Source of the DNA: Aliivibrio fischeri ES114
GTDB taxonomy: Bacteria > Pseudomonadota > Gammaproteobacteria > Enterobacterales > Vibrionaceae
NCBI RefSeq assembly: GCF_000011805.1
Contig: NC_006840.2
Direction: 5' to 3' (one strand)
DNA: 32,000 nt
This document shows positions 21,053 through 32,000 of the stretch, one piece after another. Positions within the stretch are counted from its first letter, which is position 1. Each line of letters opens with the position of its first letter. The translations under genes and the position numbers were made by a program. The notes beneath the pieces were generated by a model. It was not told the origin of the DNA. It worked only from the letters and a program-made list of their open reading frames with translations, and ran no database searches.

Positions 21053-22078
21053 CTAATCGACTAACTTTTTCTCAACTGCTTTTAATCGCTTGTTCATTTC
21101 ATCAATCTTATGAACGCGAGCAGCTGTTTTACGCCATTCTTTATTGGTTTGCAGTGGAATGCCTGATGAGTACATACCTTTCTCATCAATCGCTCGCATT
21201 ACCATGCCCATACCTGTGATGGTTACCCCATCCGTAATTTCGATATGGCCATTAATTACAGAGCCACCGCCAATAATACAGTGCTTACCAATTTTAGTAC
21301 TGCCTGCAACTATAGTACCACCAGCCATTGCTGAACCAGATCCGATTTGTACGTTATGTGCAATTTGAATTTGGTTATCAATGATAACATTGCTTTCAAT
21401 AACCGTGTCATCAATAGCACCACGATCAATCGTCGTATTGGCACCAATCTCAACGTTATCGCCAATAATTACAGAGCCTAGCTGAGGGATCTTAACCCAA
21501 GTACCACGATCATTTGCATAGCCAAAGCCATCAGAACCAATAACTGTTCCAGATTGAACAAGGCAAGCTTCGCCAATTTCAACACGGTGATAAACAGACA
21601 CATTTGCCCATAGCTTAGTATTTTTACCGATTTTTGCTTCTTTACCGATAAAACAACCAGCACCAATCATTGCACCATCAGCAATAACCGCTTTTGATTC
21701 AATAACCGCATTATGACCAATAGCAACACCTTCACCGATAATCGCGTCATCTGCAATATAAGCAGAAGGTGCAATATCACTAGCAGGAGCTGGTGTCGTG
21801 TCTAATGCTTGTGCTGCTAGTGCAAAGCCTAAATATGGGTCTCGCATTATTAGAACGTTAGATTGACAGAATTCCACATCTGCTTCTTTAACAATAACAG
21901 CAGAAGCTTGGCACTCAACTAAATGTTTACGATACTTAGCATCCGAAAGGAAAGTAATGTCTCCTTCCTTTGCTTTGCTCATCGAAGCGATTGAGTGAAC
22001 CACAACAGTGCCATCACCATGGACTGTTGCATCTAATTTTTCTGCCAATTCAGCAAGCGTAATACGAGACATATTCAA
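21053..22078 (-). CDS. lpxD: UDP-3-O-(3-hydroxymyristoyl)glucosamine N-acyltransferase (start may be the MSRIT Met at 22072)
   Basis: LpxD N-terminal domain followed by hexapeptide repeats ([47 protein letters not shown]). Confidence 0.96.
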   Translation of the reverse strand: MNMSRITLAELAEKLDATVHGDGTVVVHSIASMSKAKEGDITFLSDAKYRKHLVECQASAVIVKEADVEFCQSNVLIMRDPYLGFALAAQALDTTPAPASDIAPSAYIADDAIIGEGVAIGHNAVIESKAVIADGAMIGAGCFIGKEAKIGKNTKLWANVSVYHRVEIGEACLVQSGTVIGSDGFGYANDRGTWVKIPQLGSVIIGDNVEIGANTTIDRGAIDDTVIESNVIIDNQIQIAHNVQIGSGSAMAGGTIVAGSTKIGKHCIIGGGSVINGHIEITDGVTITGMGMVMRAIDEKGMYSSGIPLQTNKEWRKTAARVHKIDEMNKRLKAVEKKLVD

Positions 22079-22080
22079 CC

Positions 22081-22596
22081 TTATTTAATTGCTTTAATAA
22101 CTTTTTCTGATAGGTTGTCTTCTGGTTTAGCCCAAAGCAATGTTGCAGCGTCAACAACCATATCGTAGCCTTCTTTATTTGCTACTTTCTCTACAGTTTG
22201 TTGTACTTGCATAATTAACTTTTGACGCTCTTCACCTTGACGACGACGGTTATCTTCATCTAAAGCTTGTGCTTTTAGTTTGTAATCAGACTGAAGTGAA
22301 GCGATTTCACGCTCAAGCTTCGTTTTACCTGATGCACCTAATAACTCACCATCGCGTTTGATAGTTTCAACTTTATCTTTAATTTTTGATTCTAAACCAC
22401 GTAACTCATCAATACGATCTTTAAATTCAGCACGAAGCTTTTCTGAAATCGCTTCACGTTGTGGCATTTGCTGAACAATTTGAGCCATGTTTACATAACC
22501 CACTTTGGTTGCGGCTTCTGCTGCATTAGCAAAAAAAGAACCACTTACCAGAACTGCGCCTAAAGCGGCTACTTTCACTAATTTTTTCAAAATCAT
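22081..22596 (-). CDS. skp: Periplasmic chaperone Skp/OmpH
   Basis: Signal peptide; [15 protein letters not shown]; coiled-coil core; position between bamA and lpxD. Confidence 0.94.
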   Translation of the reverse strand: MILKKLVKVAALGAVLVSGSFFANAAEAATKVGYVNMAQIVQQMPQREAISEKLRAEFKDRIDELRGLESKIKDKVETIKRDGELLGASGKTKLEREIASLQSDYKLKAQALDEDNRRRQGEERQKLIMQVQQTVEKVANKEGYDMVVDAATLLWAKPEDNLSEKVIKAIK

Positions 22597-22654
22597 ATCC
22601 TTACTTAACTATTATCGTATATAAACCAATACAGTTTACATTAACACTTTTCTA

Positions 22655-22682
22655 TTAGAGCTATCAATGCTTAGAAAGTTCG
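22655..22682 (-). promoter_or_regulatory. sigma-E-like promoter reading into skp
   Basis: Minus strand CGAACTT (22676-22682), N16, TCTAA (22655-22659), compared with the sigma-E pattern GGAACTT-N16-TCTGA. The -35 element overlaps the last codons of bamA. Confidence 0.65.
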
Positions 22683-25100
22683 ACCAATGGTGAAACTGAA
22701 GAATTCTTCATCATCACCTTCATAAATTTTCACTGGTTTCGCAATTGAGAATACTAATGGTCCCATTGGTGACATCCACTGCACAGCGGCACCATATGAT
22801 GAACGGAAGTTTGATGGATCAGAGTAATCATAGTAGTACTGAGCGCCATCCATTCCCGGCTTAGGTTCTTTATAATCAAATTCAGTATCCCAAACACTTG
22901 CCATATCAAAGAAAACGCTGGTTCGAATTTGATTTCGAGTCTCTTCACTTGCAAACGGTGTTGGAACGATTAATTCAATACTTGCTAAGGCTGTTGCGTT
23001 ACCACCAACAGAGTCATCTGTTGCCGCATAAGAAGTGTTGTTACCTATACCACCATTTGATCCTTGCGCATACACTGCTTTTGGACCACCAGAGTTTGAA
23101 CCAAAACCACGTAGCGTAGTGAAGCCACCCGCATAGAAGTTTTCATAGAATGGATACAGGTTATCATTACCGTCGGTTTGACCATAACCATTACCGTAAC
23201 CAGCCTTACCACGCATTAATAAAGCAAACTCATGCTTCTTAGTTAATGGGAAGTACTGTCGAACTTCATATTGCGCTTTAAAGAACTGTGAATCAGAATT
23301 TGGCGTTGTGATTTTATACGATGCACGTTGGTAGTTACCCGCAGTTGGGAAATACCCTTTATTCAAGTTATTACGTGTCCACGATAAGGTGACATCAAAA
23401 TCACTAACGATTAAGGTTTGATCACCACTATCATATGCATCGCCTACAGATTGTAGATACTGTTCAATCTGTACATAACCTTCTAAGTTTGAAATTTTAT
23501 TGTGAGTGTAACCCACACCAATTTCAAAATAGTTCAATTCATCAAATGGGAAACCCCAAGTTAAACTACCACCATAACTTTGGTTGGTGTAGTCAACAAT
23601 ACCTGCGTCTGATGCTTCAAACTCATTATAGAAGATCTTACCACCGAGACTGACACCATCAAGGTTCCAGTATGGATCACGATAGTCTAAACTGATGTTC
23701 TTTTGATAATCGTTCATCATGGCATTGATACCAACACGATTACCTGAACCAATAAAGTTATCTTGTTGTAAGCCTACTTGGAAACTGATACCCGATTCCG
23801 TACCATAGCCAACACCAAAGTTAACACTACCGGAGTTCGCTTCTTTTACAGAATAAACCAGATCAACTTCATCATCAGAACCAGGAACACGAACGGTTTG
23901 CACATCAACAGTTTCAAAGAAGCCCAAACGATTGAGACGATTTTTACCTGTCTCAATTGACTTAGAGTTTAACCAAGCCCCTTCCATTTGACGCATTTCA
24001 CGACGTAATACTTCATCTTTTGTCGATGTATTACCAACAAATCGAATATCACGAACGTACATACGATTACCAGCTTCGACATTGATGATTAATGATACAG
24101 TTTGGTTTTCATCATCAAATTCAGGCATGGTACGAACTTGAGGATAAGCGTAACCCGCTTCACCTAAAATACGCTTTATGTTTTCTTCTAAACTCGTTAC
24201 CGCAGAGCCGTTGTAAACTTCACCATTTTCAAACGGTATCAGTTTTTTAAACTCTTCTTCTTTCCCAATTAATTCACCTTGGAATTTAACACCACTAACA
24301 GTGTAAGGTTCGCCTTCATCAATCGTTAAAGCGATATACACACCTTTTTTGTCAGGTGAAATAGACACTTGGGTTGAGTCAACTTGAAATTTTAAATAAC
24401 CGCGATCAAGATAATATGAACGTAATGCTTCGATATCACCAGCAAGTACTTGTTTTTGATACTTTTCATCAGCTAAGAAGTTCCACCAAGCAACATCAAC
24501 ATTTAAGTTAAAACGGCTTAATAGTTGCTCATCGGTAAAAACTTCATTTCCAATAAAGTTAATTTGTTGGATCTTTGCCGATACACCTTCGGTGAACACG
24601 AATTTAAGATCTGCACGATTACGAGGAAGTGGCGTTACAACTGCATGAACAGTCGCGTTGTATTTACCTACGCTGTAATAGAAGTCTTCTAGCCCTTTTT
24701 CAATATTACTTAAAGTTGTTCTATCTAACGCTTCACCAACTCGAATAGAAGAAGCTTCTAGATTTTGCTGCATCTGCTCTTCTTTGATCGCTTTATTACC
24801 AGAGAATGAGATATTTGCGATCGTTGGGCGTTCAGTTACCTTGATAAGTAATGCATTACCATCACGAAACACTTTTACGTCTTCAAAGTTGCCAGATGCG
24901 AAAAGAGCCTGAATAACCTGAGCTACATCTTGTTGGCTCATCGTATCACCAACACGAACTGGTGTTTTAAGTAGTGCAGCACCTAATGCAACACGCTGTA
25001 ATCCCTCAAAGCGTATGTCATCAATAACAAATGTTTCTGCACTGTGCGCTGCAACACTGCCAAACAGCAGTGAGGCAATCAACAATTTTTTCATCGCCAT
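22671..25100 (-). CDS. bamA: Outer membrane protein assembly factor BamA (809 aa)
   Basis: [14 protein letters not shown], five POTRA-like repeats, VRGF-type motif [15 protein letters not shown]-terminal beta-signal FSFTIGRTF. Confidence 0.97.
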   Translation of the reverse strand: MAMKKLLIASLLFGSVAAHSAETFVIDDIRFEGLQRVALGAALLKTPVRVGDTMSQQDVAQVIQALFASGNFEDVKVFRDGNALLIKVTERPTIANISFSGNKAIKEEQMQQNLEASSIRVGEALDRTTLSNIEKGLEDFYYSVGKYNATVHAVVTPLPRNRADLKFVFTEGVSAKIQQINFIGNEVFTDEQLLSRFNLNVDVAWWNFLADEKYQKQVLAGDIEALRSYYLDRGYLKFQVDSTQVSISPDKKGVYIALTIDEGEPYTVSGVKFQGELIGKEEEFKKLIPFENGEVYNGSAVTSLEENIKRILGEAGYAYPQVRTMPEFDDENQTVSLIINVEAGNRMYVRDIRFVGNTSTKDEVLRREMRQMEGAWLNSKSIETGKNRLNRLGFFETVDVQTVRVPGSDDEVDLVYSVKEANSGSVNFGVGYGTESGISFQVGLQQDNFIGSGNRVGINAMMNDYQKNISLDYRDPYWNLDGVSLGGKIFYNEFEASDAGIVDYTNQSYGGSLTWGFPFDELNYFEIGVGYTHNKISNLEGYVQIEQYLQSVGDAYDSGDQTLIVSDFDVTLSWTRNNLNKGYFPTAGNYQRASYKITTPNSDSQFFKAQYEVRQYFPLTKKHEFALLMRGKAGYGNGYGQTDGNDNLYPFYENFYAGGFTTLRGFGSNSGGPKAVYAQGSNGGIGNNTSYAATDDSVGGNATALASIELIVPTPFASEETRNQIRTSVFFDMASVWDTEFDYKEPKPGMDGAQYYYDYSDPSNFRSSYGAAVQWMSPMGPLVFSIAKPVKIYEGDDEEFFSFTIGRTF

Positions 25101-25129
25101 AATACGTCTAATAATTCCCTTGCTACTAC

Positions 25130-26488
25130 TTAAAGGCGCATAAAGTCGTTAAATAAAGCTATCGCCATCAATGACATGATCATTGCTGTTCCTACTTTAT
25201 AACCAATTTCTTGAACTCGTTCCGATACTGGCTTACGCGTAATCCCTTCAATAGCAAAGAAGAGTAAATGCCCGCCATCCAATACAGGAAGAGGTAATAA
25301 GTTAATAATGCCTAAGTTAACACTGATTAACGCTAAAAATCCTAAAAATGAGACTAAACCATATTCAGCAGTCGTACCAGCTCCTTTTGCTATAGAGATG
25401 GGACCACTTAAGTTATTCAGTGCAACATCACCAGTAAAGAGTTTCTTTGTCATGGTGAGGGTCAAATCAATAATATCGCCTGTTTTTGCTAACGCTTTTT
25501 CAAACGCGACAATTGGGCCATACTGTTTTTCATAACGGTAGCCTTCTGGCCACTCTTGATATACAGGAGAAACCCCTGCAAATCCGATAACTTTGCCATC
25601 TGCAATTTCTTTGCTATCTGGTATTAATACCAAATCGACCGTTTGACCTTCACGAGAAATAACTAAATCAACAGCTTTGCTCGGATTACCTTGTATAACA
25701 TCAACCATTTCTTGCCATTTCGTTAATGCATTACCATTAACTGAAACTAAACGGTCGCCAACTAATAAACCTGATTTTTCAGCTGCACTGTTACTACTAA
25801 CATTTGCAACATCAAGAGTTAAAGCTGGGCGATAAGGAAGAAAGCCTAACGATAATAGTGGCGAATCTTTCTCTGGGTCAAAATTCCATTGGGATAAATC
25901 CAAACGCTTAGTTACTTCAACACCGATATTATTTTCATCACTATAAGTCACTGTCATAGAGTCATCACCAATGTGTGACACTATCGCCATGCTTACGGCT
26001 TCCCAATCGGATGTTTGGATTCCTGAAATGGCTTTTAGTTCAACGCCAGCTGTAATTCCTGCTTTAGAAAAAATGGAACCGTCTTCAACTTGACCAACAA
26101 CTGGTTTTAATGCGGTTACACCTATCATAAAAGCAAGCCAACACGCAAAAACGGCAAACAAAAAGTTAGCTATTGGGCCGGCAGCGACAATAGCACTGCG
26201 CTGCCATAATGGACGATTATTAAACGCTCTTTCTTTTTGCTCTTCTGGAACATCATCAACACGCTCATCTAACATTTTTACGTATCCACCAAGTGGGATC
26301 ATCGAAATGTTATATTCAGTACCGTCTTTGCCTTTTTTGCTCCAAAGAGATTTGCCAAAACCAATTGAAAATTTCTCAACAATAACACCACAACGGCGCG
26401 CTACCCAGAAGTGGCCAAATTCATGCACTGCAACAAGAATACCTAGTGCAATAATGAATGATGCTAAATTCCATAGAAGTTCTGACAT
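25130..26488 (-). CDS. rseP: Regulated intramembrane site-2 zinc metalloprotease
   Basis: [14 protein letters not shown] (HExxH), two PDZ regions, [19 protein letters not shown]. Confidence 0.97.
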   Translation of the reverse strand: MSELLWNLASFIIALGILVAVHEFGHFWVARRCGVIVEKFSIGFGKSLWSKKGKDGTEYNISMIPLGGYVKMLDERVDDVPEEQKERAFNNRPLWQRSAIVAAGPIANFLFAVFACWLAFMIGVTALKPVVGQVEDGSIFSKAGITAGVELKAISGIQTSDWEAVSMAIVSHIGDDSMTVTYSDENNIGVEVTKRLDLSQWNFDPEKDSPLLSLGFLPYRPALTLDVANVSSNSAAEKSGLLVGDRLVSVNGNALTKWQEMVDVIQGNPSKAVDLVISREGQTVDLVLIPDSKEIADGKVIGFAGVSPVYQEWPEGYRYEKQYGPIVAFEKALAKTGDIIDLTLTMTKKLFTGDVALNNLSGPISIAKGAGTTAEYGLVSFLGFLALISVNLGIINLLPLPVLDGGHLLFFAIEGITRKPVSERVQEIGYKVGTAMIMSLMAIALFNDFMRL

Positions 26489-26490
26489 AA

Positions 26491-27693
26491 TTAAACCTTA
26501 TTAATTGCCTCATCGGCATAACGACGCGCCATTCTATCTAGGTCAATCAGGCTTTCCAAGCTATCTAGCTCAAGGTTTTGGAAGTTTGCACAGACTTTAT
26601 GCAAAACAGCCTCATTAATTCGAGCGATATCTGTAAATTTTATTTTATTGGCTAAAAAGGCAGCAACAGCTTGCTCGTTCGCAGCATTTAGCCCCGTAGT
26701 TGCATGTTGTCCTAAATAGCACGCATCAATGGCTAGTTTCAAACAAGGATAACGAGCAAAATCAGGAGCAATAAACGTAAACTCTCCAACTTTAGTAAAA
26801 TCTAAAGGTTCAACACCTGCATCAACTCTTTTTGGATAAGACATAGTACACGCAATAGGTGTTCTCATATCTGGCAGTCCCATTTGTGCCAACACAGAGC
26901 CGTCTTTATATTGAACCATTGAATGAATTACTGATTGCGGATGAATAACAACCTTTAATTGATCTTTACTCGCATTGAATAACCAACGAGCCTCAATATA
27001 CTCAAGGCCTTTGTTCATCATCGTCGCTGAATCGACAGAGATCTTTGGCCCCATAGACCAATTAGGGTGCGCAATTGCCATTTCAGGCGTTACAGCTTCA
27101 AGCTCTGATACATCGGTATAACGAAAAGGACCACCAGAACCAGTTAATAAAATAGAACTAACGCCGTGCTCTTCTAAATCGCAACGACCTAAATTGGTTT
27201 GAATTGATTGCGGTAAACACTGAAAGATAGCGTTATGTTCACTATCCACTGGCAGTAATTCAGCACCGTACTTTTCAACCGCATCAATAAATAGCTGCCC
27301 AGACATGACCAAAGCTTCTTTATTAGCAAGCAAAATACGTTTACCAGCTTTAACTGCCGACATGGTAGGTAGAAGCCCTGCAGCCCCTACAATTGCAGCC
27401 ATAACAGTATCAACTTCGTCAAGTTGCGCAATATGACATAAGCCATCTTCACCTGAGAATACTTCAGCATTAATCGCGTGAGCTGATAATAGTTCTTTTA
27501 ACTCATCAGCAGCAGGTTGAGTTGCCATTGCAACGTACTTTGGTTTCCATTCAAGGCATAGCTCCAACATTTTATCGACATTAGTACCTGCACCTAATGC
27601 TACAACTTCAAATTGATCGGAATTTTGTTTTGCGACTGATAGTGTGCTACTACCAATAGAGCCTGTCGCTCCTAAAATGGTTAACTTGCGCAT
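26491..27693 (-). CDS. ispC: 1-deoxy-D-xylulose 5-phosphate reductoisomerase
   Basis: [52 protein letters not shown]. Confidence 0.97.
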   Translation of the reverse strand: MRKLTILGATGSIGSSTLSVAKQNSDQFEVVALGAGTNVDKMLELCLEWKPKYVAMATQPAADELKELLSAHAINAEVFSGEDGLCHIAQLDEVDTVMAAIVGAAGLLPTMSAVKAGKRILLANKEALVMSGQLFIDAVEKYGAELLPVDSEHNAIFQCLPQSIQTNLGRCDLEEHGVSSILLTGSGGPFRYTDVSELEAVTPEMAIAHPNWSMGPKISVDSATMMNKGLEYIEARWLFNASKDQLKVVIHPQSVIHSMVQYKDGSVLAQMGLPDMRTPIACTMSYPKRVDAGVEPLDFTKVGEFTFIAPDFARYPCLKLAIDACYLGQHATTGLNAANEQAVAAFLANKIKFTDIARINEAVLHKVCANFQNLELDSLESLIDLDRMARRYADEAINKV

Positions 27694-27718
27694 AATGAAA
27701 TGACCATGGTGGTTTAAA

Positions 27719-27750
27719 GATAGAAAAACGGCAGATAATCCTATCTACCG
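27719..27750 (-). terminator. Terminator-like hairpin between cdsA and ispC
   Basis: Minus strand CGGTAGATA-GGAT-TATCTGCCG-TTTTTCTA; 9-bp stem including one G-U pair. Confidence 0.85.
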
Positions 27751-27799
27751 CATAACTTAAAAATGGATATGGTATTTGTCGTCAAATACCTAATATCAG

Positions 27800-28639
27800 C
27801 TAGAAGAAATATAAAAAAGCAAAAACAGGAAAAGCCGCAGTTAAACTATCAATGCGATCTAAAATACCGCCGTGACCTGGGATAATCGTACCGCTATCTT
27901 TAATTCCTGAAGCACGTTTAAACATACTTTCAACTAAATCACCGAGAACAGAGATGATAATTGTTGCGATAAAAATACCTAACATTGACGATGTGCTTTC
28001 AAATTGAATATTAAAGGCACTTGCAGCCCCCCAACCAATGATGATTGCGGTAATCACGCCCCCAATAAGGCCTTCGATCGTTTTATTCGGGCTCACCGCT
28101 GGTGACATTTTACGTTTACCAAATGACTTTCCAGCAAAATAAGCGCCACTATCCGCAGCCCATACTAATAAACAAACGAGTAATACAAGCTTAGCGCCAT
28201 AATAACTGTCTAGCATATAGTGATCAGCACGAAGTAATAAAATACTCCATAGGAAAGGAACCATGGTTAGCCAACCGAAAATATGCTTTAAAGGTAAGTT
28301 GCTATGCCATAATTTTTTGCTGTTTGGGAAAGTAAGCACTAACCCCGATGCAATTAACCACCATGTAAAACCAACTAATAATATTATTTGATGTTCATTA
28401 CTAGGTATTGTCAGTTCTAACGTTGATGTTGGAAGAAAAAACAGGGACGCTGCTAAGACAGCAACAGAAGGGATAATAGCTAAATAGCGAGATTTTGATT
28501 CTGTAAACTGAGTCCACTCCCAGAATCCAACCAATGTAATTGCTGTGATAGCAATTAAGAACCCTTGCATTGGCAACATGAAGATCCCTGCAATAACAAG
28601 GGGCGCCAAAATAAGAGCAGTAATAATACGCTGTTTCAA
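27800..28639 (-). CDS. cdsA: Phosphatidate cytidylyltransferase
   Basis: Multi-pass membrane protein with ADSGAYFAGKSFGKRKMSPAVSPNKTIEG and SGIKDSGTIIPGHGGILDRIDSL. Confidence 0.96.
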   Translation of the reverse strand: MKQRIITALILAPLVIAGIFMLPMQGFLIAITAITLVGFWEWTQFTESKSRYLAIIPSVAVLAASLFFLPTSTLELTIPSNEHQIILLVGFTWWLIASGLVLTFPNSKKLWHSNLPLKHIFGWLTMVPFLWSILLLRADHYMLDSYYGAKLVLLVCLLVWAADSGAYFAGKSFGKRKMSPAVSPNKTIEGLIGGVITAIIIGWGAASAFNIQFESTSSMLGIFIATIIISVLGDLVESMFKRASGIKDSGTIIPGHGGILDRIDSLTAAFPVFAFLYFF

Positions 28640-28642
28640 ACT

Positions 28643-29416
28643 TTATTGATCCTTTTCGTTCATTAGAGCTTGGATTTGTTCACCAGTACAACCAAATCGT
28701 CTTTCTCGACTAACAAACCAAGCAACAGCGTCAGCTAAGCTTTGTTCATTAAAATCAGGCCAATATTGGTCAGTGAAATAGAATTCAGCATAAGCCATTT
28801 GCCACAACATAAAGTTGCTAATACGACATTCACCGCTCGTTCTAATCATCAAATCCACTTCAGGCAAATCTGACATAGTCAGTTTAGATGCGATAAGATC
28901 CTCATCAATATCATCTGCCTGTAAATTGCCTCGTTCCACTTGATATGCGAGGCGACGTACTGCTTGTGTAATATCCCATTTGCCACCATAGTTTGCAGCA
29001 ACGTTTAGTACTAACCCTGTATTTTCAGAAGTTAATGTTTCCGCTTCAACAATTTTCTTCTGAAGGCGAGAACTAAACTGAGAGGTTTCACCAATTATAC
29101 GCAATTGAATATTATTTTTATGAAGACGTTTTACTTCACGAGAAAGTACCGTGATAAACAACTCCATTAGAACACTTACTTCTTCTTCAGGTCGACGCCA
29201 ATTCTCACTACTAAAAGCAAAAAGTGTTATGGCATTGATCCCAAGCTTACTGGCTGCTGAAATGGTTTTTCTTACCGCATCAACACCCGCTTTATGACCA
29301 AATACACGAGGTTTTCCCTGAGCCTTAGCCCAGCGTCCATTACCATCCATAATTACCGCAATATGTTTTGGTAATACATCTAATGATAAAAACTCGTTAT
29401 TAATTTGACTGGTCAT
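28643..29416 (-). CDS. uppS: (2E,6E)-farnesyl-diphosphate-specific ditrans,polycis-undecaprenyl-diphosphate synthase
   Basis: [68 protein letters not shown]. Confidence 0.97.
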   Translation of the reverse strand: MTSQINNEFLSLDVLPKHIAVIMDGNGRWAKAQGKPRVFGHKAGVDAVRKTISAASKLGINAITLFAFSSENWRRPEEEVSVLMELFITVLSREVKRLHKNNIQLRIIGETSQFSSRLQKKIVEAETLTSENTGLVLNVAANYGGKWDITQAVRRLAYQVERGNLQADDIDEDLIASKLTMSDLPEVDLMIRTSGECRISNFMLWQMAYAEFYFTDQYWPDFNEQSLADAVAWFVSRERRFGCTGEQIQALMNEKDQ

Positions 29417-29427
29417 ATAACTCCCTT

Positions 29428-29463
29428 AAAAATAAAAGCGCTGATGTCTCCACCCAGCGCTTC
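29428..29463 (-). terminator. Rho-independent terminator between frr and uppS
   Basis: Minus strand AAGCGCTG-GGTGGAGACAT-CAGCGCTTTTATTTTT. Confidence 0.88.
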
Positions 29464-29537
29464 TTATGGTGTTCGTCGCCGACATCATATCATTAATTTA
29501 ATGAAAAGATCAGTGAGAACAATGAGCATGAAAGCAA

Positions 29538-30095
29538 TTATACTTCCATTAACTCTTTTTCTTTTACTGCAAGTACTTCATCAATACTCTTAACAGCAGC
29601 ATCTGTAAGCTTTTGAATCTCATCTTGTGCACGACGATCATCATCTTCAGAAATTTCTTTCTCTTTAAGAAGCGCTTTCACATCACCATTTGCATCACGA
29701 CGGATATTACGAATAGCAACACGGCCATTTTCAGCTTCACCACGAACAATCTTAACTAGGTCTTTACGACGCTCTTCAGTTAGTGGTGGAAGTGGTACAC
29801 GGATTACCGTACCAGCTGACATTGGGTTTAGCCCAAGATCTGACATCATGATTGCTTTTTCAACAAGACCAGCAAGTTCTTTATCGAAAACCGTAATTGC
29901 AAGCGTACGTGAATCTTCCGCAACAACGTTAGCAACTTGATTTAATGGTGTTTGAGCACCGTAGTATTCTACTGAGATACCAGAAAGAAGACTTGGGTGA
30001 GCACGACCTGTACGAATTTTTAACAGGTTATTTTTCAGTGCTTCAACACTTTTTTCCATACGCTCTTGCGCATCTTTTTTAATTTCGTTAATCAC
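29538..30095 (-). CDS. frr: Ribosome recycling factor
   Basis: [52 protein letters not shown]. Confidence 0.98.
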   Translation of the reverse strand: MINEIKKDAQERMEKSVEALKNNLLKIRTGRAHPSLLSGISVEYYGAQTPLNQVANVVAEDSRTLAITVFDKELAGLVEKAIMMSDLGLNPMSAGTVIRVPLPPLTEERRKDLVKIVRGEAENGRVAIRNIRRDANGDVKALLKEKEISEDDDRRAQDEIQKLTDAAVKSIDEVLAVKEKELMEV

Positions 30096-30130
30096 AAGAT
30101 CACCTTGATTATTTTTGATTCGTAGGAGAA

Positions 30131-30862
30131 TTATTCAGCGTTGCTGATCAGTGTGCCTTCAGTTTCACCCATAACTACACGACGTAATGCACCAGGCTTG
30201 TTCATGTTAAATACACGAATAGGCATGTTGTGGTCACGAGCAAGAGTAAACGCTGCTAAGTCCATCACTTTTAATTCTTTTTCAAGAACGCTGCTGTAAG
30301 ACAGTTTATCATACAATTCTGCATCAGGGTTAGATACTGGATCAGCAGTAAATACACCATCTACTTTTGTTGCTTTTAAAACAACATCAGCTTCAATTTC
30401 AATACCACGTAGACATGCAGCAGAGTCTGTTGTAAAGAATGGGTTACCTGTACCAGCAGAGAAAATAACCACACGGCCTTGACGTAATTGAGCGATAGCA
30501 TCAGCCCAGTTGTAATCGTCACATACACCTTTAAGAGGGATAGCTGACATTACTCGAGCATTTACGTATGCACGGTGTAGTGCATCACGCATCGCTAAGC
30601 CATTCATTACTGTCGCTAGCATACCCATGTGATCACCTACTACACGGTTCATGCCTGCTTCTGCAAGACCTGCACCACGGAAAAGGTTACCACCACCGAT
30701 AACAACACCAACTTGAACACCAAGCTCGATCAGCTCTTTTACTTCTTGAGCCATACGATCAAGCGTTGCAGGGTCAATACCAAAACCCTCTTCGCCTTGA
30801 AGTGCTTCACCACTAAGTTTTAATAGAATACGCTGATATACTGGTTTCGGGTTCGTCGTCAT
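30131..30862 (-). CDS. pyrH: Uridylate kinase
   Basis: [48 protein letters not shown]. Confidence 0.98.
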   Translation of the reverse strand: MTTNPKPVYQRILLKLSGEALQGEEGFGIDPATLDRMAQEVKELIELGVQVGVVIGGGNLFRGAGLAEAGMNRVVGDHMGMLATVMNGLAMRDALHRAYVNARVMSAIPLKGVCDDYNWADAIAQLRQGRVVIFSAGTGNPFFTTDSAACLRGIEIEADVVLKATKVDGVFTADPVSNPDAELYDKLSYSSVLEKELKVMDLAAFTLARDHNMPIRVFNMNKPGALRRVVMGETEGTLISNAE

Positions 30863-30962
30863 GGATTTTACCTTTTCACTAGAGTTGTCAAAATAACGGT
30901 CACCATTTAGTACTGGATTATCCTCTATTGATAATTCAATAGTAAAAGGTAACAGCTATTCA

Positions 30963-30991
30963 CAAAAAGACCGCAGCATAGCCACGGTCTC
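30963..30991 (-). terminator. Rho-independent terminator between tsf and pyrH
   Basis: Minus strand AGACCG-TGGCTATGCTG-CGGTCT-TTTTG; the inner region pairs further with G-U and G-C pairs. Confidence 0.9.
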
Positions 30992-31014
30992 TTTCAGTTA
31001 CAATACAGAAGGAA

Positions 31015-31860
31015 TTAACCTTTTTGTACTGCAGCTACTTCATCAGCAAAGCTCATTTCTGCAGCTTTCTCGATACCTTCACCAACTTCTAGACGTACGA
31101 AGTTAGATACTGAAGCGCCTTTCTCTTTAAGAATTTCAGCAACAGTTTTCTTAGGTTCCATGATGAAAGCTTGACCTGTTAGAGAAACTTCGCCCGTGAA
31201 TTTCTTCATACGGCCGATAACCATTTTCTCAGCGATTTCTTGAGGTTTGCCTTCGTTCATAGCGATTTCAACTTGAACAGCTTTTTCTTTTTCTACTACG
31301 TCAGCAGGTACGTCAGATGGGTTAACGTACTCAGGCTTAGAAGCAGCAACGTGCATAGCGATGTGCTTAAGAGTTTCAGCATCGCCTTCACCAGCTACAA
31401 CAACACCGATTTTCTCGCCGTGACGGTAAGAAGCTAGTGCAGAACCAGCAACGTATTGTACGCGACGGATGTTGATGTTTTCACCGATTTTAGCTACTAG
31501 AGCAACACGAGTTTCTTCGAATTGTGCTTGAAGTTCTTCAACAGTTGCTTGAGTTGCAACAGCTGCAGCAACAACTTCTTCAGCAAATGCTGTGAAGTTA
31601 GAATCTTTAGCAACGAAATCAGTTTGACAGTTAACTTCAAGAAGAGCAGCAACGCCGTTTTCTTCTTTGATGATGATTGCGCCTTCAGCAGCAACGTTAC
31701 CTGCTTTTTTAGCAGCTTTAGCAGCGCCAGATTTACGCATGTTTTCGATCGCTAGTTCGATATCAGCGTTCGCTTCAACTAGCGCTTTTTTACATTCCAT
31801 CATGCCAGCGCCAGTGCGCTCACGAAGTTCTTTTACAAGAGCAGCAGTTACAGTTGCCAT
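31015..31860 (-). CDS. tsf: Elongation factor Ts (track ORF starts 6 nt upstream)
   Basis: [45 protein letters not shown]. Confidence 0.98.
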
Positions 31861-31890
31861 TCTCAATTCCTCAATTTAATTGGTGGAGTT

Positions 31891-31920
31891 AAAAATCAGG
31901 GGCCAAATTGGGCCCCTGCT
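31891..31920 (-). terminator. Terminator/attenuator-like hairpin between rpsB (outside the window) and tsf
   Basis: Minus strand AGCAGGGGCC-CAATTT-GGCCCCTGATTTTTAAC. Confidence 0.85.
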
Positions 31921-32000
31921 AACTATTTCAGTTTACTACGAAACGAAAAGACTCACTAGGAGCAAATAATAATTTCGACGAATCGAAAAAATATTATTCA

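Noticed and set aside
21144-23960. Several 60-74 aa ORFs antisense or off-frame in lpxD and bamA
   Set aside because: Shadow ORFs; the lpxD ones follow hexapeptide-repeat periodicity, not a separate gene.
31240-31879. Small ORFs overlapping tsf on both strands
   Set aside because: Contained in a highly expressed, unambiguous EF-Ts gene; reverse-strand open frames are expected from its biased codon usage.

Overview
The window looks like an ordinary chromosomal core region from a Vibrionaceae bacterium, probably Aliivibrio-like (an inference from protein character, not checked by search). The left part holds gmhA (partial), fadE, a putative small-gene unit, a membrane-anchored TIGR03503-like protein, dnaQ, rnhA, a methyltransferase, gloB, mltD, a YIP1-like membrane protein, an endonuclease/exonuclease/phosphatase-family protein, glnB and a small cytochrome c. 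The right part is a long minus-strand cell-envelope/translation/replication array. In transcription order it reads (rpsB, outside the window) tsf-pyrH-frr-uppS-cdsA-ispC-rseP-bamA-skp-lpxD-fabZ-lpxA-lpxB-rnhB-dnaE-accA-tilS. I found no CRISPR, prophage, transposon, defence or secondary-metabolite system, and no convincing undescribed multi-gene system. The items most worth a second look are regulatory or small-scale: (i) a compact unit at about 3294-3582 with a sigma70-like promoter, SD, 58-codon ORF and terminator; (ii) a FadR-like operator upstream of fadE; (iii) a sigma-E-like promoter overlapping the 3' end of bamA and reading into skp; (iv) seven terminator-like hairpins that cut the tsf-to-tilS array into short modules, including lpxD|fabZ and lpxA|lpxB.
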